In this document: positions 41,305 to 50,836 of the stretch, piece by piece
How the letters are laid out: each line of letters starts with the position of its first letter
Numbering within the stretch: position 1 is the stretch's first letter
NCBI GenBank assembly: GCA_001780275.1
Contig: MFGB01000017.1
Coordinates: 1 to 57,840, forward strand
From: Candidatus Falkowbacteria bacterium RIFOXYA2_FULL_47_19
GTDB lineage: Bacteria > Patescibacteriota > Patescibacteriia > Patescibacteriales > UBA12075
DNA: 57,840 nt
Reading direction: 5' to 3'
The notes under the pieces: model-generated
The model's input: the letters and a program-made list of their open reading frames with translations, nothing else
Told to the model about the DNA's origin: nothing
Databases searched by the model: none
Program-made: the position numbers and the translations under genes

Positions 41305-42346
41305 AATCGTGATTTTTAAATTTGTTATATAATATTTTTTGCCACGCGATAGTTTTTTTTAAACCCTCGTCCAGATCGATATATTTTTTTTTATTGAATT
41401 CTCTTTCCGCTTTCGTCATATCTAACGATACATCTTCCGGCGCGCTTATGAGGGAGTTTTTGGAATCAGGCGGAAAGTTTACCGGTACCCGCAGGTATGC
41501 GCCGATTTTTTTTGCTAATTCGCCGATTGTAGTCTTGGAGTGGCCGCCAACGTTGTAAATAGCGTCCTTTCCGTTCAAGAGTATGTTCCACATTATTTCG
41601 ATCGCATCGGAAACGTAGCAGAAAGTTCTTTTGGCGTCGCCCTGGTCGAGTAAATTAATTTCACCGTTTATCGCTTTTTGGATAAATGAGTTCATTACTC
41701 TTTGGTCGTTGTGTTTTGTGCCCGGACCGTAAGCCAGGGATAGTCTGGCTATTTTCGCCTCAATATTTTTTGCTCGATTAGCGATGCAAATAGCTTCTCC
41801 ACAGCGCTTGCCCTCTATATAGCAGGAGCGGGGATGGTCGGTGTTGGTTGTGCCGATTTCCGTTTCTTTATGCGGGTAATTATTGTTTCCGCTGTACACC
41901 TCGCTGGTGCTGACAAATAAAAATTTTCCGCCTTCGTTTAATTTTTCGAACAAACCAAGGGTCGTTAAGCTGTTTAGCTTAAGAGTTTTTATCGGGTTTT
42001 CCATAAAACGTCCCGGTTGGCCATATCCGGCGGCATGGATAATATAGTCGGCCCGAGGGAGAGTTTTGCAAAAATCGTAATCAGCCAGATCGCCTCTGAT
42101 TATTCTCGTTCCCTGGTAATCTAAAAAATTTTTTAAGCAAGGAGAGGGTTCGCTCTGCATAACGGCAACAACCTTCGTGCCCGCGGAATTAGAACGAAGA
42201 AGGTTCCATAGGCTGGCTAAAAAATGATTACCAATCAGGCCGGAAGCTCCGGTAATTAATACGGTTTTTCCTATTATTTCACTTAGTTCAACGTTTTTCA
42301 CCACCCGCTCCGCGTCTTCGGCAATTATGCTGAAAATTTTATCCAT
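41294..42346 (-). CDS. NAD-dependent epimerase/dehydratase (UDP-glucuronate decarboxylase-like SDR)
   Basis: ITGASGLIG, STSEVY, PRSCYIEGKRCGE, RTFCYVSD. Confidence 0.9.
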   Translation of the reverse strand: MDKIFSIIAEDAERVVKNVELSEIIGKTVLITGASGLIGNHFLASLWNLLRSNSAGTKVVAVMQSEPSPCLKNFLDYQGTRIIRGDLADYDFCKTLPRADYIIHAAGYGQPGRFMENPIKTLKLNSLTTLGLFEKLNEGGKFLFVSTSEVYSGNNNYPHKETEIGTTNTDHPRSCYIEGKRCGEAICIANRAKNIEAKIARLSLAYGPGTKHNDQRVMNSFIQKAINGEINLLDQGDAKRTFCYVSDAIEIMWNILLNGKDAIYNVGGHSKTTIGELAKKIGAYLRVPVNFPPDSKNSLISAPEDVSLDMTKAEREFNKKKYIDLDEGLKKTIAWQKILYNKFKNHDYEK

Positions 42347-43220
42347 AGATGAGTTTTTTTAATTTTTTATTAATATTAATTGCCGATAACCCAATATTCA
42401 AGTCATGCTCATCGGCCGATCCGTAGTTCGATAAAAATCTTTTTGGAACGCCGATGGAATCGATCACAATCGGTCTTAAACTTAGCGCCTCCGCGATTTC
42501 GGCCGTTAGACCCCCCTTATAATATGGCTCACATAATAAAATTTTTCCTGACGCACTGTTATTTTTTAAGGTCTCCGAATCAAATGGTGTTACGGTTGTA
42601 TAGTAAAGGATAGTAACATCCATCCCGGTACAGGCTTCCAGTACATGATTCAGGGTGGGGCCAACGGCTACAATGGTCGCTAAATTGCCCCTTTGCAGTA
42701 TTTCGGCTTTGCCGAATTTTACGTTATAACTGTTTTTATTAGGCCTGTCGCTCAACCTGAAATAAGTAGGATGCCCATTAGCGTAAGTATCCCGGAACAA
42801 GGTATCGAATTCCTGAGCGGTACCAGGCAGGATAATTTCCATGCCGGGCAAATTTTTTAGAATACCGACATCGCCGGGGCAATGATGCGTGCAGCCCAGG
42901 GCGGCGTAATCATATGAACCGCCTATGCTCAGGAAGTTTCCCCCCATTTTTTGATAACAAAAATCAAGTTTCAGTTGTTCATAGCTTCTTTCAACCAGAA
43001 AGGGGGCGATAGTATGGATAACCGGAATAAAACCGGACATAGCTAGTCCAGCCGCCAGACCGACAGTGGATTGTTCCAGAATCCCGATATTATAGACTCT
43101 TTCCGGATATAATGCTAACGCTTTATTGAATCCCCAAACGCCGATATCGCCAAGCAGTAATACCAGCCTTTCGTCCGTTGTTAGTATATTTTCAATTGTG
43201 TTTACAAATTGTTTGCGCAT
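42339..43220 (-). CDS. Transketolase, C-terminal (pyrimidine-binding) subunit
   Basis: NIGILEQSTVGLAAGLA, ERSYEQ, GCTHH, PTYFRL. Confidence 0.93.
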   Translation of the reverse strand: MRKQFVNTIENILTTDERLVLLLGDIGVWGFNKALALYPERVYNIGILEQSTVGLAAGLAMSGFIPVIHTIAPFLVERSYEQLKLDFCYQKMGGNFLSIGGSYDYAALGCTHHCPGDVGILKNLPGMEIILPGTAQEFDTLFRDTYANGHPTYFRLSDRPNKNSYNVKFGKAEILQRGNLATIVAVGPTLNHVLEACTGMDVTILYYTTVTPFDSETLKNNSASGKILLCEPYYKGGLTAEIAEALSLRPIVIDSIGVPKRFLSNYGSADEHDLNIGLSAININKKLKKLIYG

Positions 43221-44020
43221 GCTTTTTGATATTCATAATTATTAAGTTCGGCAATGATTTGCTCGTATTCTTCTTCTGTGGGGGTTTTGTGATGCCAGGC
43301 CGGATTATTTTCTATGAATTTTACACCCTCACCCTTTATCGTTTTTGCGATTACAGCTGTCGGTTTTTTTTCATGCGTATTCGTTAAGGCGTTAAGGATC
43401 TCTCCATGGTCGTGGCCATCCACCACAACACTATTCCACCCGAATGCTCTGAACTTTTCCGACATATCACAAATCTTAAGAGCCCTGTCCGTTGAATGGT
43501 TGTGATCAACTACGCAGATAAGATTACTTAAATTGTGGTGGGAAGCCAGCAGGGCAGATTCCCAGATCGTACCCTCGTTGCTTTCTCCGTCCCCGATAAT
43601 GGAGTAAACCCGATTTGATTTTTTTTGTATCTTAAATCCTAGGGCGATCCCCACGCTTATCGGCAGGCCATGTCCCAATGAACCGGTAGAGGCTTCGACG
43701 CCGGGGATTTTATTTCGATCCGGGTGGCCTCCCAATATGCTGTCGAATTTTCCGAAGTTATCGAATTCACTGAAAGGGAAGTAGCCCTTTTCCGCCAAAA
43801 CCGCGTATAATCCAAGGGAAGCATGTCCCTTACTTAAAATAAAATAATCCCGATTCGGATCCTCTTGGTTGGAGGGATCAACTCTAAGAATCTTATCATA
43901 AAGCACCCACACGACATCAAGAATGGAAAAAGCGCTCGGTATATGCCCCTCTTTAGATCTATAGGCTGTTTCAACGATGATTTTTTTTAAATTTATTATT
44001 TTTTCGATTGGGTACGCCAT
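43202..44020 (-). CDS. Transketolase, N-terminal (ThDP-binding) subunit
   Basis: EGHIPS, RDYFILSKGHA, TGSLGHG, GDGESNEG...N, TIKGEG. Confidence 0.95.
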   Translation of the reverse strand: MAYPIEKIINLKKIIVETAYRSKEGHIPSAFSILDVVWVLYDKILRVDPSNQEDPNRDYFILSKGHASLGLYAVLAEKGYFPFSEFDNFGKFDSILGGHPDRNKIPGVEASTGSLGHGLPISVGIALGFKIQKKSNRVYSIIGDGESNEGTIWESALLASHHNLSNLICVVDHNHSTDRALKICDMSEKFRAFGWNSVVVDGHDHGEILNALTNTHEKKPTAVIAKTIKGEGVKFIENNPAWHHKTPTEEEYEQIIAELNNYEYQKACANNL

Positions 44021-44021
44021 A

Positions 44022-45689
44022 TTAGAGTTTAAATAAAAATTTAAATATTCTTTTTATACGTATTAGGAATGGTATTATCGTCGGTCCGTTCTTTCTGTAA
44101 AAATCAAACCTTATTAAGTGGGTAGATAAAAATATAAATAAGTATTGCCCGGTCATCATCAAAATACTGTGGTCTTTTCCGAATATTTTATAACTGAATA
44201 TTTTATGCTGACTGGTGCAGTGTTCGCAATAGAAGTGGGTGTACATTGAATTTGTGGCCGGTTTTTTATATTCAGATACCCGCCCGCAAAAAGGACATTG
44301 CGTTGTTATTAAATACAGGTTGTCCTTTTTTTTCTGCCCGCTTGCCCTTACCGCGCCCGTAAGCTTCCCCAGTTTAAGTTGTTTTTTTATATTTTTTTGC
44401 CAGATAATTTTACCCATTAGTTTATAAAATCTGCCTTCGCTTAATTTGGTCATATTTATGGTCGGAAATCTTCCCGTGACATGCTTTAACCTGTCCTTGA
44501 TTAGGTTGTTTTTAATCGCTAATTGAAATATGGGTGAATTGGGAATTACGCGTAAGAAAACAGGCACGATATTGTATTGTGGATTATTAAGCCACCAGCG
44601 CAGGGAATTTTTTGCGGTTTCTTCCGTTTCGGACGGATCCCCGAATATTATATTACCCGAGCAAGAAATACCCGCCTCCCTTGTTAGTTTTAAGGCATTT
44701 TCAATCTCCGCCTTGGTTGTGCGTTTTTTCATGCTAACCAGAATCTCGTCATTTATATTTTCAAGTCCATATCCGATATACTTCAAGCCGGATATTTTTA
44801 ATGTTTTTAGTATTTCGGAATCAACGTCATTGACCCGGAAAGATCCTCCCCAACCGATTATGTTATAATTTTTTATCCTCTCGGCGAAATCGATCATTCT
44901 TTGATGATTTGCCGAAAAAAGTTCATCTAAAAAATAAAAGAAATTAATATCATATTCTTTGATCAAATAATCAATTTCTTTGAAAATATTATCAAGCGAA
45001 CGCTGTCTGTATTTTTGCCCGAGATGATGATAACAGAAGGTGCAGCTAAACGGACAGGAGCGAGAACCAATAAATTCCGTATAATGCAAATTTTCACATC
45101 TATCGAGTACGTCAAAATTCTCCGAATCAATAACTAACGATGTCCATTTTTCGAATTCAAAGCCCTCATAATCTGGAAACGGTAAACTATCCAGATTTTC
45201 TATGTATGGTCGTTCCGGTGTCTTTATCACTTCCTTGTTTTTTAGAAAAGCCAAACCTTTAACCGTTTCTATGCTGCCATTTCGGCAAAGCACGTCCGCC
45301 AGCTCGGCCATGGTTTCCTCACCTTCGCCCATAACCGCTATGTCAATATCCAAATTTTCCAATGCTAATTTAGGATCAGAAATCACGATAGCTCCGCCGA
45401 CAACGGTAATGATCTCTGGTTTTATCTTTTTAGCGATCTTTAAAATTTCATCAACTTTATTCCAATAAAACGATAAGGTCCCGGTGCAAAAAACATCGAT
45501 TTTATTATTTGTTATATGTTCCTTAAGGATGTTCTCAAGCGATATCGATTGGTCGTAATGGCATAAATTCAGACAAAAGACATTGAATCCTTTGCTTTTT
45601 AAAAATGATGATACGTAACCAAGCCCAAAAGGAAAGCTATAGTACTCTCCCGAGAAAACAAATTGTGGTACGACTAATAAAAAATTCAT
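44022..45689 (-). CDS. Cobalamin-binding radical SAM protein (#6) with C-terminal CxxC...CxxC
   Basis: PFGLGYV, VVGG, MGEGEE, RSCPFSCTFC, LDELF, GLE; CPFC and CEHC near the C-terminus. Confidence 0.92.
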   Translation of the reverse strand: MNFLLVVPQFVFSGEYYSFPFGLGYVSSFLKSKGFNVFCLNLCHYDQSISLENILKEHITNNKIDVFCTGTLSFYWNKVDEILKIAKKIKPEIITVVGGAIVISDPKLALENLDIDIAVMGEGEETMAELADVLCRNGSIETVKGLAFLKNKEVIKTPERPYIENLDSLPFPDYEGFEFEKWTSLVIDSENFDVLDRCENLHYTEFIGSRSCPFSCTFCYHHLGQKYRQRSLDNIFKEIDYLIKEYDINFFYFLDELFSANHQRMIDFAERIKNYNIIGWGGSFRVNDVDSEILKTLKISGLKYIGYGLENINDEILVSMKKRTTKAEIENALKLTREAGISCSGNIIFGDPSETEETAKNSLRWWLNNPQYNIVPVFLRVIPNSPIFQLAIKNNLIKDRLKHVTGRFPTINMTKLSEGRFYKLMGKIIWQKNIKKQLKLGKLTGAVRASGQKKKDNLYLITTQCPFCGRVSEYKKPATNSMYTHFYCEHCTSQHKIFSYKIFGKDHSILMMTGQYLFIFLSTHLIRFDFYRKNGPTIIPFLIRIKRIFKFLFKL

Positions 45690-45727
45690 AAGATAGTTAT
45701 GCTAACTCATGTTTTATTTAATAACGG

Positions 45728-46987
45728 TTAATTACTTTTTTTCAAAAAAACAATAGCCAGGACAGACAGCTCATAAAGCATCGAACAGATTATGGCATAA
45801 GCCATACCATTTAATCCGAATAGCGGCAAAAGAACAGCGAATAAAATCATTTTTAATACATTTCCGGATATTGAAATAAAGTAAAGCAGCTTTTGGTAAC
45901 CCTGGGACATCATGGCCGTATTGAACAGCCCCAGTGGCACTACCGCCAAGGTAATTACCATGATTTTCGTCAGAGGAATAGATTCGAGGTATTGCGGGAA
46001 GAATATTTTATAGATCCAAGGGGAGAAAAAAAAGTATAAGAGGGACAGGGCGGAAGTAAGGGCGGTTAATTTGGCGATTTTTAGGGGCAGGGTTTTTTTT
46101 AGATTAGCGAAGCTGTTTTCGGAAAATTTCGGGAAAGCCAGAGCGGATAGGTTTTTCAGAACGAAAGATTTCATCTGGTCGAGCGGAACAAGCGCAAAGG
46201 AGTAAATGGCCAGCTCCGCTGCCCCGATATAGTGGAAAATTATAATCTTATCAATATTCTCGGTAATCGTTCCGAATACTCCCATAAAACTAAGATGTTT
46301 ACCATAGGTCACGTCTTCAGGATTGTGGTTTTTGTTCGGTTTATATTTCTTAATAGTATATTTAAGGGCAAGGTAACTAAACAAAATCCGGCTTGCGAAA
46401 TATACGAAAATTATAATAAGAATATTGTCGGTCAGATAGATGACCGCTATCGTAACTGCCGCCACGAATAATTGGGAGACTATTGATATCAGGGTGGAGG
46501 CGCCGAATTTTTTCTTACCAGATAGAAAAGACGCGTATAAAGAGAAGGCCGTGTAGAAAGGAATAAAAACAGTAATTATCAAAAGGCTTAAAGCGACGGC
46601 ATTGTTGTGGTTAATGAAATAATAAATAGCCATCAACAAACTTGCCAGACTGCCGATTGTACCCCATTTGATCTTGGTTTTGATGGCCGGCATCAAAATC
46701 CCTTCATTTCCCTTGGCTACGGCCATGGTCACGGCTGAATGCATATTTATCAACGAGGGGATGGTCAATATGCCGATAAAGGATAATATGTACCGGTAAA
46801 GACCGAAAATTTCTTGAGGTAAAAAATTCGCGAAAGCGATTGATGTCAGGCCGCCGGCAAAAATGGAGACAAATTGACCGATAGTAAGCCAGAAATTGCC
46901 CTTAGCCAAATAGACCATGTCTGTGTGTGTCCACTTTTCCGTCCACCGGAGAAATTCTGCGGTTTTATTTTTGGTTTCGGTTAGCAT
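45728..46987 (-). CDS. wzx: Oligosaccharide flippase (Wzx/MOP family)
   Basis: About 12 TM segments, FGLYRY, NIDKIIIFHYIGAAELAIYS, PLFGLNGMAYA. Confidence 0.88.
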   Translation of the reverse strand: MLTETKNKTAEFLRWTEKWTHTDMVYLAKGNFWLTIGQFVSIFAGGLTSIAFANFLPQEIFGLYRYILSFIGILTIPSLINMHSAVTMAVAKGNEGILMPAIKTKIKWGTIGSLASLLMAIYYFINHNNAVALSLLIITVFIPFYTAFSLYASFLSGKKKFGASTLISIVSQLFVAAVTIAVIYLTDNILIIIFVYFASRILFSYLALKYTIKKYKPNKNHNPEDVTYGKHLSFMGVFGTITENIDKIIIFHYIGAAELAIYSFALVPLDQMKSFVLKNLSALAFPKFSENSFANLKKTLPLKIAKLTALTSALSLLYFFFSPWIYKIFFPQYLESIPLTKIMVITLAVVPLGLFNTAMMSQGYQKLLYFISISGNVLKMILFAVLLPLFGLNGMAYAIICSMLYELSVLAIVFLKKSN

Positions 46988-46990
46988 GTG

Positions 46991-47239
46991 TTACCAGCGG
47001 TTGATTTTTTTAACTACCGCTTTTTTAATTTTCAGATAGGAGCTTATCGCTTTTTGTTCCACCTCTGGCGAAACCAGGCGCAGAATTTCTTTGCCCATGA
47101 TCCGGTATTGTCCACCCACCTTATTGGCCTTAATTAACCCTTTCTTTAATAATCTTTTAATTGTGCTATTGCTGATTTTTAGAAGATCCTGCGTTTCTTC
47201 GGTGGTATAAACGGCATTAGGTTTTATTTCATTAGTCAT
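46991..47239 (-). CDS. Small excisionase-like (MerR-type/HTH_17) DNA-binding protein
   Basis: YTTEETQDLLKISNSTIKRLLKKGLIKANKVGGQYRI; ATG 47239 (the TTG at 47275 is the -35 box). Confidence 0.88.
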   Translation of the reverse strand: MTNEIKPNAVYTTEETQDLLKISNSTIKRLLKKGLIKANKVGGQYRIMGKEILRLVSPEVEQKAISSYLKIKKAVVKKINRW

Positions 47240-47246
47240 ATACACA

Positions 47247-47285
47247 AGTATAGTCCCGGTATCAAAAGGTGTCAACAGGTATCAA
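47247..47285 (-). promoter_or_regulatory. Sigma70 promoter with three phased direct repeats
   Basis: Minus strand TTGACA-N17-TATACT (47275-47247); GGTRTCAA at 47258, 47268, 47278 (10-bp period). Confidence 0.8.
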
Positions 47286-47350
47286 GTGTGGAAAACTTTT
47301 TAAAAAATTGGCTTGTTATAGCCAATTGTAATATAACTCGTTTTTCTGCT

Positions 47351-47680
47351 TTATGATTCAATATTATGTTTATCACCAATCACCGAAGGTCTTTTAATAA
47401 CCGCCGTAGCCCCATCTTCAAGGCACTCAAAACCGGTCATCTCGTCGCCCGGTTTCAGCCAGATCGCGTCGCCCCTTTTTAAAATTTCATCGTTCATTTG
47501 GAATTGGCCGTAAACCACCACGGAAATCTCATCCGCAATTTTGTGGATATGCGCTTTTTCGGTGTCGCCTTTTTTGTAGTATTGCACCGCGAATTCAAAA
47601 TCCTCGGTTTTAAGTATGGCCGGTTCAAAATTTCCCGCGACCCAGCCGCGGGTAAAATTTTTCAGCTTGAATATTTCCAT
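47351..47680 (-). CDS. Small cupin-fold protein
   Basis: GWVAGNFEP, HIHKIADEISVV, GDAIWLKPG, IKRPSVIGDK. Confidence 0.75.
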   Translation of the reverse strand: MEIFKLKNFTRGWVAGNFEPAILKTEDFEFAVQYYKKGDTEKAHIHKIADEISVVVYGQFQMNDEILKRGDAIWLKPGDEMTGFECLEDGATAVIKRPSVIGDKHNIES

Positions 47681-48261
47681 CAGAATTTCAAAAAATTAAT
47701 ATTGAGATTTCGCGATTCTTTATTTATTATTAACAATTCATTATGGGGAGGGGAGTAGGCGGCGGTTTCTTCCGGGTTAAGTTTATTGAAATATTTATTG
47801 GCCGCCCGCAAGACTCCGCAGTGCGCGACGATCAATAGATTGTGTAGCGGCCAATCGTCCGTCAGGCGGCCAAAAGCCGGTTCCAGGCGGCGATAAAGCG
47901 CATCATAACTTTCTCCCTCCGGATGCGCAAAGAAATATTTATTATTTTCGCGCTTCTGCCAATCAGGCAGATTTTTTAAATCCTCTTTTTTCTTTCCGTC
48001 CCAGGCGCCATAACTCATTTCCCGCCAGGTTTCGTCTATATTCATATCCGCACCGGTCAAACCGGAAACTATCGCCGCGGTTTGCCGGCTTCTTTTGAGC
48101 GGGCTTGATATTATTTTTTTTATATTCCGGTCTTTTAAAAAAAGACCGAGTCGTCCGGCTTGTTTTTTTCCTTCATCCGTCAGTTCGCTGTCGCTTACGC
48201 CTTCAAGCCTGTGTTCCTCGCCGTATTCGGTTTTGCCGTGGCGCGCAAAGTAAATAGACAT
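47680..48261 (-). CDS. Histidine phosphatase (phosphoglycerate mutase superfamily)
   Basis: ARHGKT, SSPLKRSRQTA, EMSYGAWDG, PEGES, VAHCG. Confidence 0.92.
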   Translation of the reverse strand: MSIYFARHGKTEYGEEHRLEGVSDSELTDEGKKQAGRLGLFLKDRNIKKIISSPLKRSRQTAAIVSGLTGADMNIDETWREMSYGAWDGKKKEDLKNLPDWQKRENNKYFFAHPEGESYDALYRRLEPAFGRLTDDWPLHNLLIVAHCGVLRAANKYFNKLNPEETAAYSPPHNELLIINKESRNLNINFLKF

Positions 48262-48266
48262 ATTCG

Positions 48267-48986
48267 TTAACCTCGGAAATATTTTTTAAAATGCTCCACG
48301 TCTTCCGGAATGCCCAATGACCACATTTCTTTAACCAACGGGGCGCTTATTTTATCACCGCGTCCGATTAATTCATTATAAACCGGACAGACGTAGAATT
48401 CGCCGCTGACGCGCAGGTTTTTGGTGATCATTTGTTCGGCCGCCCAGACGAAATCTTTGCCCTGGGTAAAATAGTATAGACCCACGGTCGCCAGATTTGA
48501 GATCGGCTCTTTTTCCGCCACTCTTTTAACGTAGCCGGTTTCATTCAATTCAACAAAACTCCATTTTTGGTTAGTGGCGCGGAAAATCGGTATTATTCCT
48601 TTCGTATCCTCCGTCTTGTTTAATATCGCATCTTCAATCCCGTTCTGGAAATACTGGTCGCCGTTATAGATTATCAATGCTTCGTCGGTATTGATTTGAT
48701 CTTTGACCAGGAGAACGGTAGAAGCCGCTCCGTCGGTCTGTCCCACCGGGATTATCTGCGGCCCCGATCCGTATAATTCCCGCAGTTTATCGCCTAAATT
48801 ATAATTTTTGTCATGTTCTTCGTTTATTAAAAAAATAATATTTTCGTCAAAAACAAGAAAGGGCAGGGCATCGGTGGCCCAGCGGATCATTAACTTGCCT
48901 TTTATTTCAATTAATGGCTTTGGCCTGTCGTAAGCGGCAGCGATGAATTTTGAGCCGCGGCCGGCTATGGGGATGACCACTTTCAT
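48267..48986 (-). CDS. Nucleotidyltransferase-fold protein (BcbE/GT2_BcE-like)
   Basis: IPIAGRGSKF...PKPLI, GAASTV, KWSFV, VAEKEPIS, GLYYF, GEFYVCPVYN, LGIPED. Confidence 0.85.
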   Translation of the reverse strand: MKVVIPIAGRGSKFIAAAYDRPKPLIEIKGKLMIRWATDALPFLVFDENIIFLINEEHDKNYNLGDKLRELYGSGPQIIPVGQTDGAASTVLLVKDQINTDEALIIYNGDQYFQNGIEDAILNKTEDTKGIIPIFRATNQKWSFVELNETGYVKRVAEKEPISNLATVGLYYFTQGKDFVWAAEQMITKNLRVSGEFYVCPVYNELIGRGDKISAPLVKEMWSLGIPEDVEHFKKYFRG

Positions 48987-48989
48987 ATA

Positions 48990-49775
48990 TTATAAGTTAT
49001 AATTAGTGTTATCAATAAACCACTCCAAATCTTCCGGCGTGCCGAGGCCGTGAACATATTTCGGGTAAGCCAGCTTAACCTTGCCGCCCTTTTCAATGAT
49101 TTTATTGTAAAGCGGCGCCAGGTAGAATTCGCCGTTAGTGTATTCTTCGCGGGCGATCACGTCTTCCGCGATTTCCACGAAGTTTTTCCCGCTGCTGAAA
49201 TAATAGACGCCGATATTTGCCCAATCGGATATCGGTTTTTTCTCGGCCACCTCTTCGACATATCCGTCCGCGCCCAGTTTACTGAAACTCCACTTAGGAT
49301 TGCCGTCGGTCACTTCAAAAACCGGGATAAGACCGTCCAGGCCGGGATTAGCGGCGATTTCCCGGGCCATGGCTTCGCCGTCAAGAAAATGGTCGGAATC
49401 AGTAATGATTATTGGTTCGTCTTTGTTTATAAATTCCTTGGCTTTTAGCGCGGTTTCAGCCGCGCCGCGGGTAAAACCGTCCAGGGTGATAATATTAATA
49501 TCATCGCCGTAATGTTTTTTTAAGACCGCGCAGATATTATGATTTTCATTATGTTCTTTCTGGATAATAAAAACGAGGTCATGCGGTTTAACGGCCATGG
49601 CGCTATCAATGCTTTGTCCCGGATGCTCTATAAATGGCAGAGAGCCGGTGGCCCAACGTATCATCGGATAGCCTTTTACGTCAATTATTGGCTTAGGTTT
49701 TTTATATTCCGGATTACGGTCGGCTTGTGCCTGAAAACGGGAACCGCGCCCGGCCATAGGGATGACGATTTTCAT
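48990..49775 (-). CDS. Nucleotidyltransferase-fold protein (BcbE/GT2_BcE-like), paralog
   Basis: IPMAGRGSRF...PKPII, GAAETA, KWSF, VAEKKPIS, GEFYLAPLYN, LGTPED. Confidence 0.85.
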   Translation of the reverse strand: MKIVIPMAGRGSRFQAQADRNPEYKKPKPIIDVKGYPMIRWATGSLPFIEHPGQSIDSAMAVKPHDLVFIIQKEHNENHNICAVLKKHYGDDINIITLDGFTRGAAETALKAKEFINKDEPIIITDSDHFLDGEAMAREIAANPGLDGLIPVFEVTDGNPKWSFSKLGADGYVEEVAEKKPISDWANIGVYYFSSGKNFVEIAEDVIAREEYTNGEFYLAPLYNKIIEKGGKVKLAYPKYVHGLGTPEDLEWFIDNTNYNL

Positions 49776-49786
49776 AATATTACTTA

Positions 49787-49815
49787 ATTATACAATTATA
49801 TGGTTAATTTTTCAA
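49787..49815 (-). promoter_or_regulatory. Putative sigma70 promoter (very short leader) for the NTP-transferase operon
   Basis: Minus strand TTGAAA-N17-TATAAT ending 11 bp before ATG 49775. Confidence 0.6.
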
Positions 49816-49851
49816 CATTAATATTTTAGCTTGTATTAGTTTTTTTGTCTA

Positions 49852-49880
49852 TTGACATTTTATTGTTTATATGTTAATAT
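49852..49880 (+). promoter_or_regulatory. Putative sigma70 promoter for the IMPase/2H pair
   Basis: TTGACA-N17-TAATAT with extended -10 TG. Confidence 0.6.
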
Positions 49881-49930
49881 ATTTTATTAGATAATTTTTG
49901 TTCTTTACATTTTTTATCAGGAGAGAATAA

Positions 49931-50836
49931 ATGACGACAAGAAGCGGGAGGGATATGATTAGTAAGATCGTAAAAACGATGGAACGTGCGGTACTGGCCA
50001 GTTGCGAAGTCATTCGTCCCTTTGCGATGGGATCAAGAAGTTTGGGCGATGTGTCGGTAAAAGCAGATGAGACGCTTCTTACCGCGGTGGATAAAATGAG
50101 CGAAGATGTTGGCAAGGTGATTTTGCGGGACGCTTTTCCCGATATTCCGTTTATTGGGGAAGAGGGCGGACAAAGCGGAGCTAATGCCCGGTACGAATTC
50201 TGGTATGACCCGCTGGATGGTACCGCCCCCTTTGTCATCGGCACCCCCACATCCACTGTGATTTGTGCTTTGTATGATAATATCGAGTGCGTACTTAAGG
50301 CGGTGGTAATTGCCGAACCAGCCTATCAAAGAGTCTGGTCAGCTATCCGGGGTCAGGGTTCTTATTTCCGGGTTGCTGACATACCGAAGCAAAAAAGAGT
50401 CGTCTGGCCGGGCGACTTGGGCCGCGGCACCGGCGTTTTTTGCGATTTTACCCAGGGGTTTAAACGGGATAAGGGGGTACGACAAATTTTTTCCGATCAT
50501 CAGGCTCTAGTGTTGACTACCCAACTGGCCGCCAATACCAGGTTGCTTTTACTGGGCTCCAACGGCGCCCATCAGGCGTATGTAGCTGATGGCCGGGACA
50601 AAGTTGCCGGCGGCATAACGACCGCTATGGGCGGGCCTTGGGATGCGGCCGGCGCCTTGCTTGTTATGGAAGCCGGGGGAGCGGCTAAAGCTTTTTCAAT
50701 GGACAAAAGCATACTCAGTGAACGAAATCCGCTTAATCCGAAATCGTACGATATCTTGGTTTACGGCAATTCTCCACAAACCACGGAAACTCTAACCGAT
50801 TACCTCAAACAAGCAATACTGGAGGCAGTAGAATGA
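49931..50836 (+). CDS. Inositol monophosphatase/FIG superfamily phosphatase
   Basis: LTAVD, IGEEG, WYDPLDGT, PWDAAGALLVMEAGG. Confidence 0.9.
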   Translation: MTTRSGRDMISKIVKTMERAVLASCEVIRPFAMGSRSLGDVSVKADETLLTAVDKMSEDVGKVILRDAFPDIPFIGEEGGQSGANARYEFWYDPLDGTAPFVIGTPTSTVICALYDNIECVLKAVVIAEPAYQRVWSAIRGQGSYFRVADIPKQKRVVWPGDLGRGTGVFCDFTQGFKRDKGVRQIFSDHQALVLTTQLAANTRLLLLGSNGAHQAYVADGRDKVAGGITTAMGGPWDAAGALLVMEAGGAAKAFSMDKSILSERNPLNPKSYDILVYGNSPQTTETLTDYLKQAILEAVE

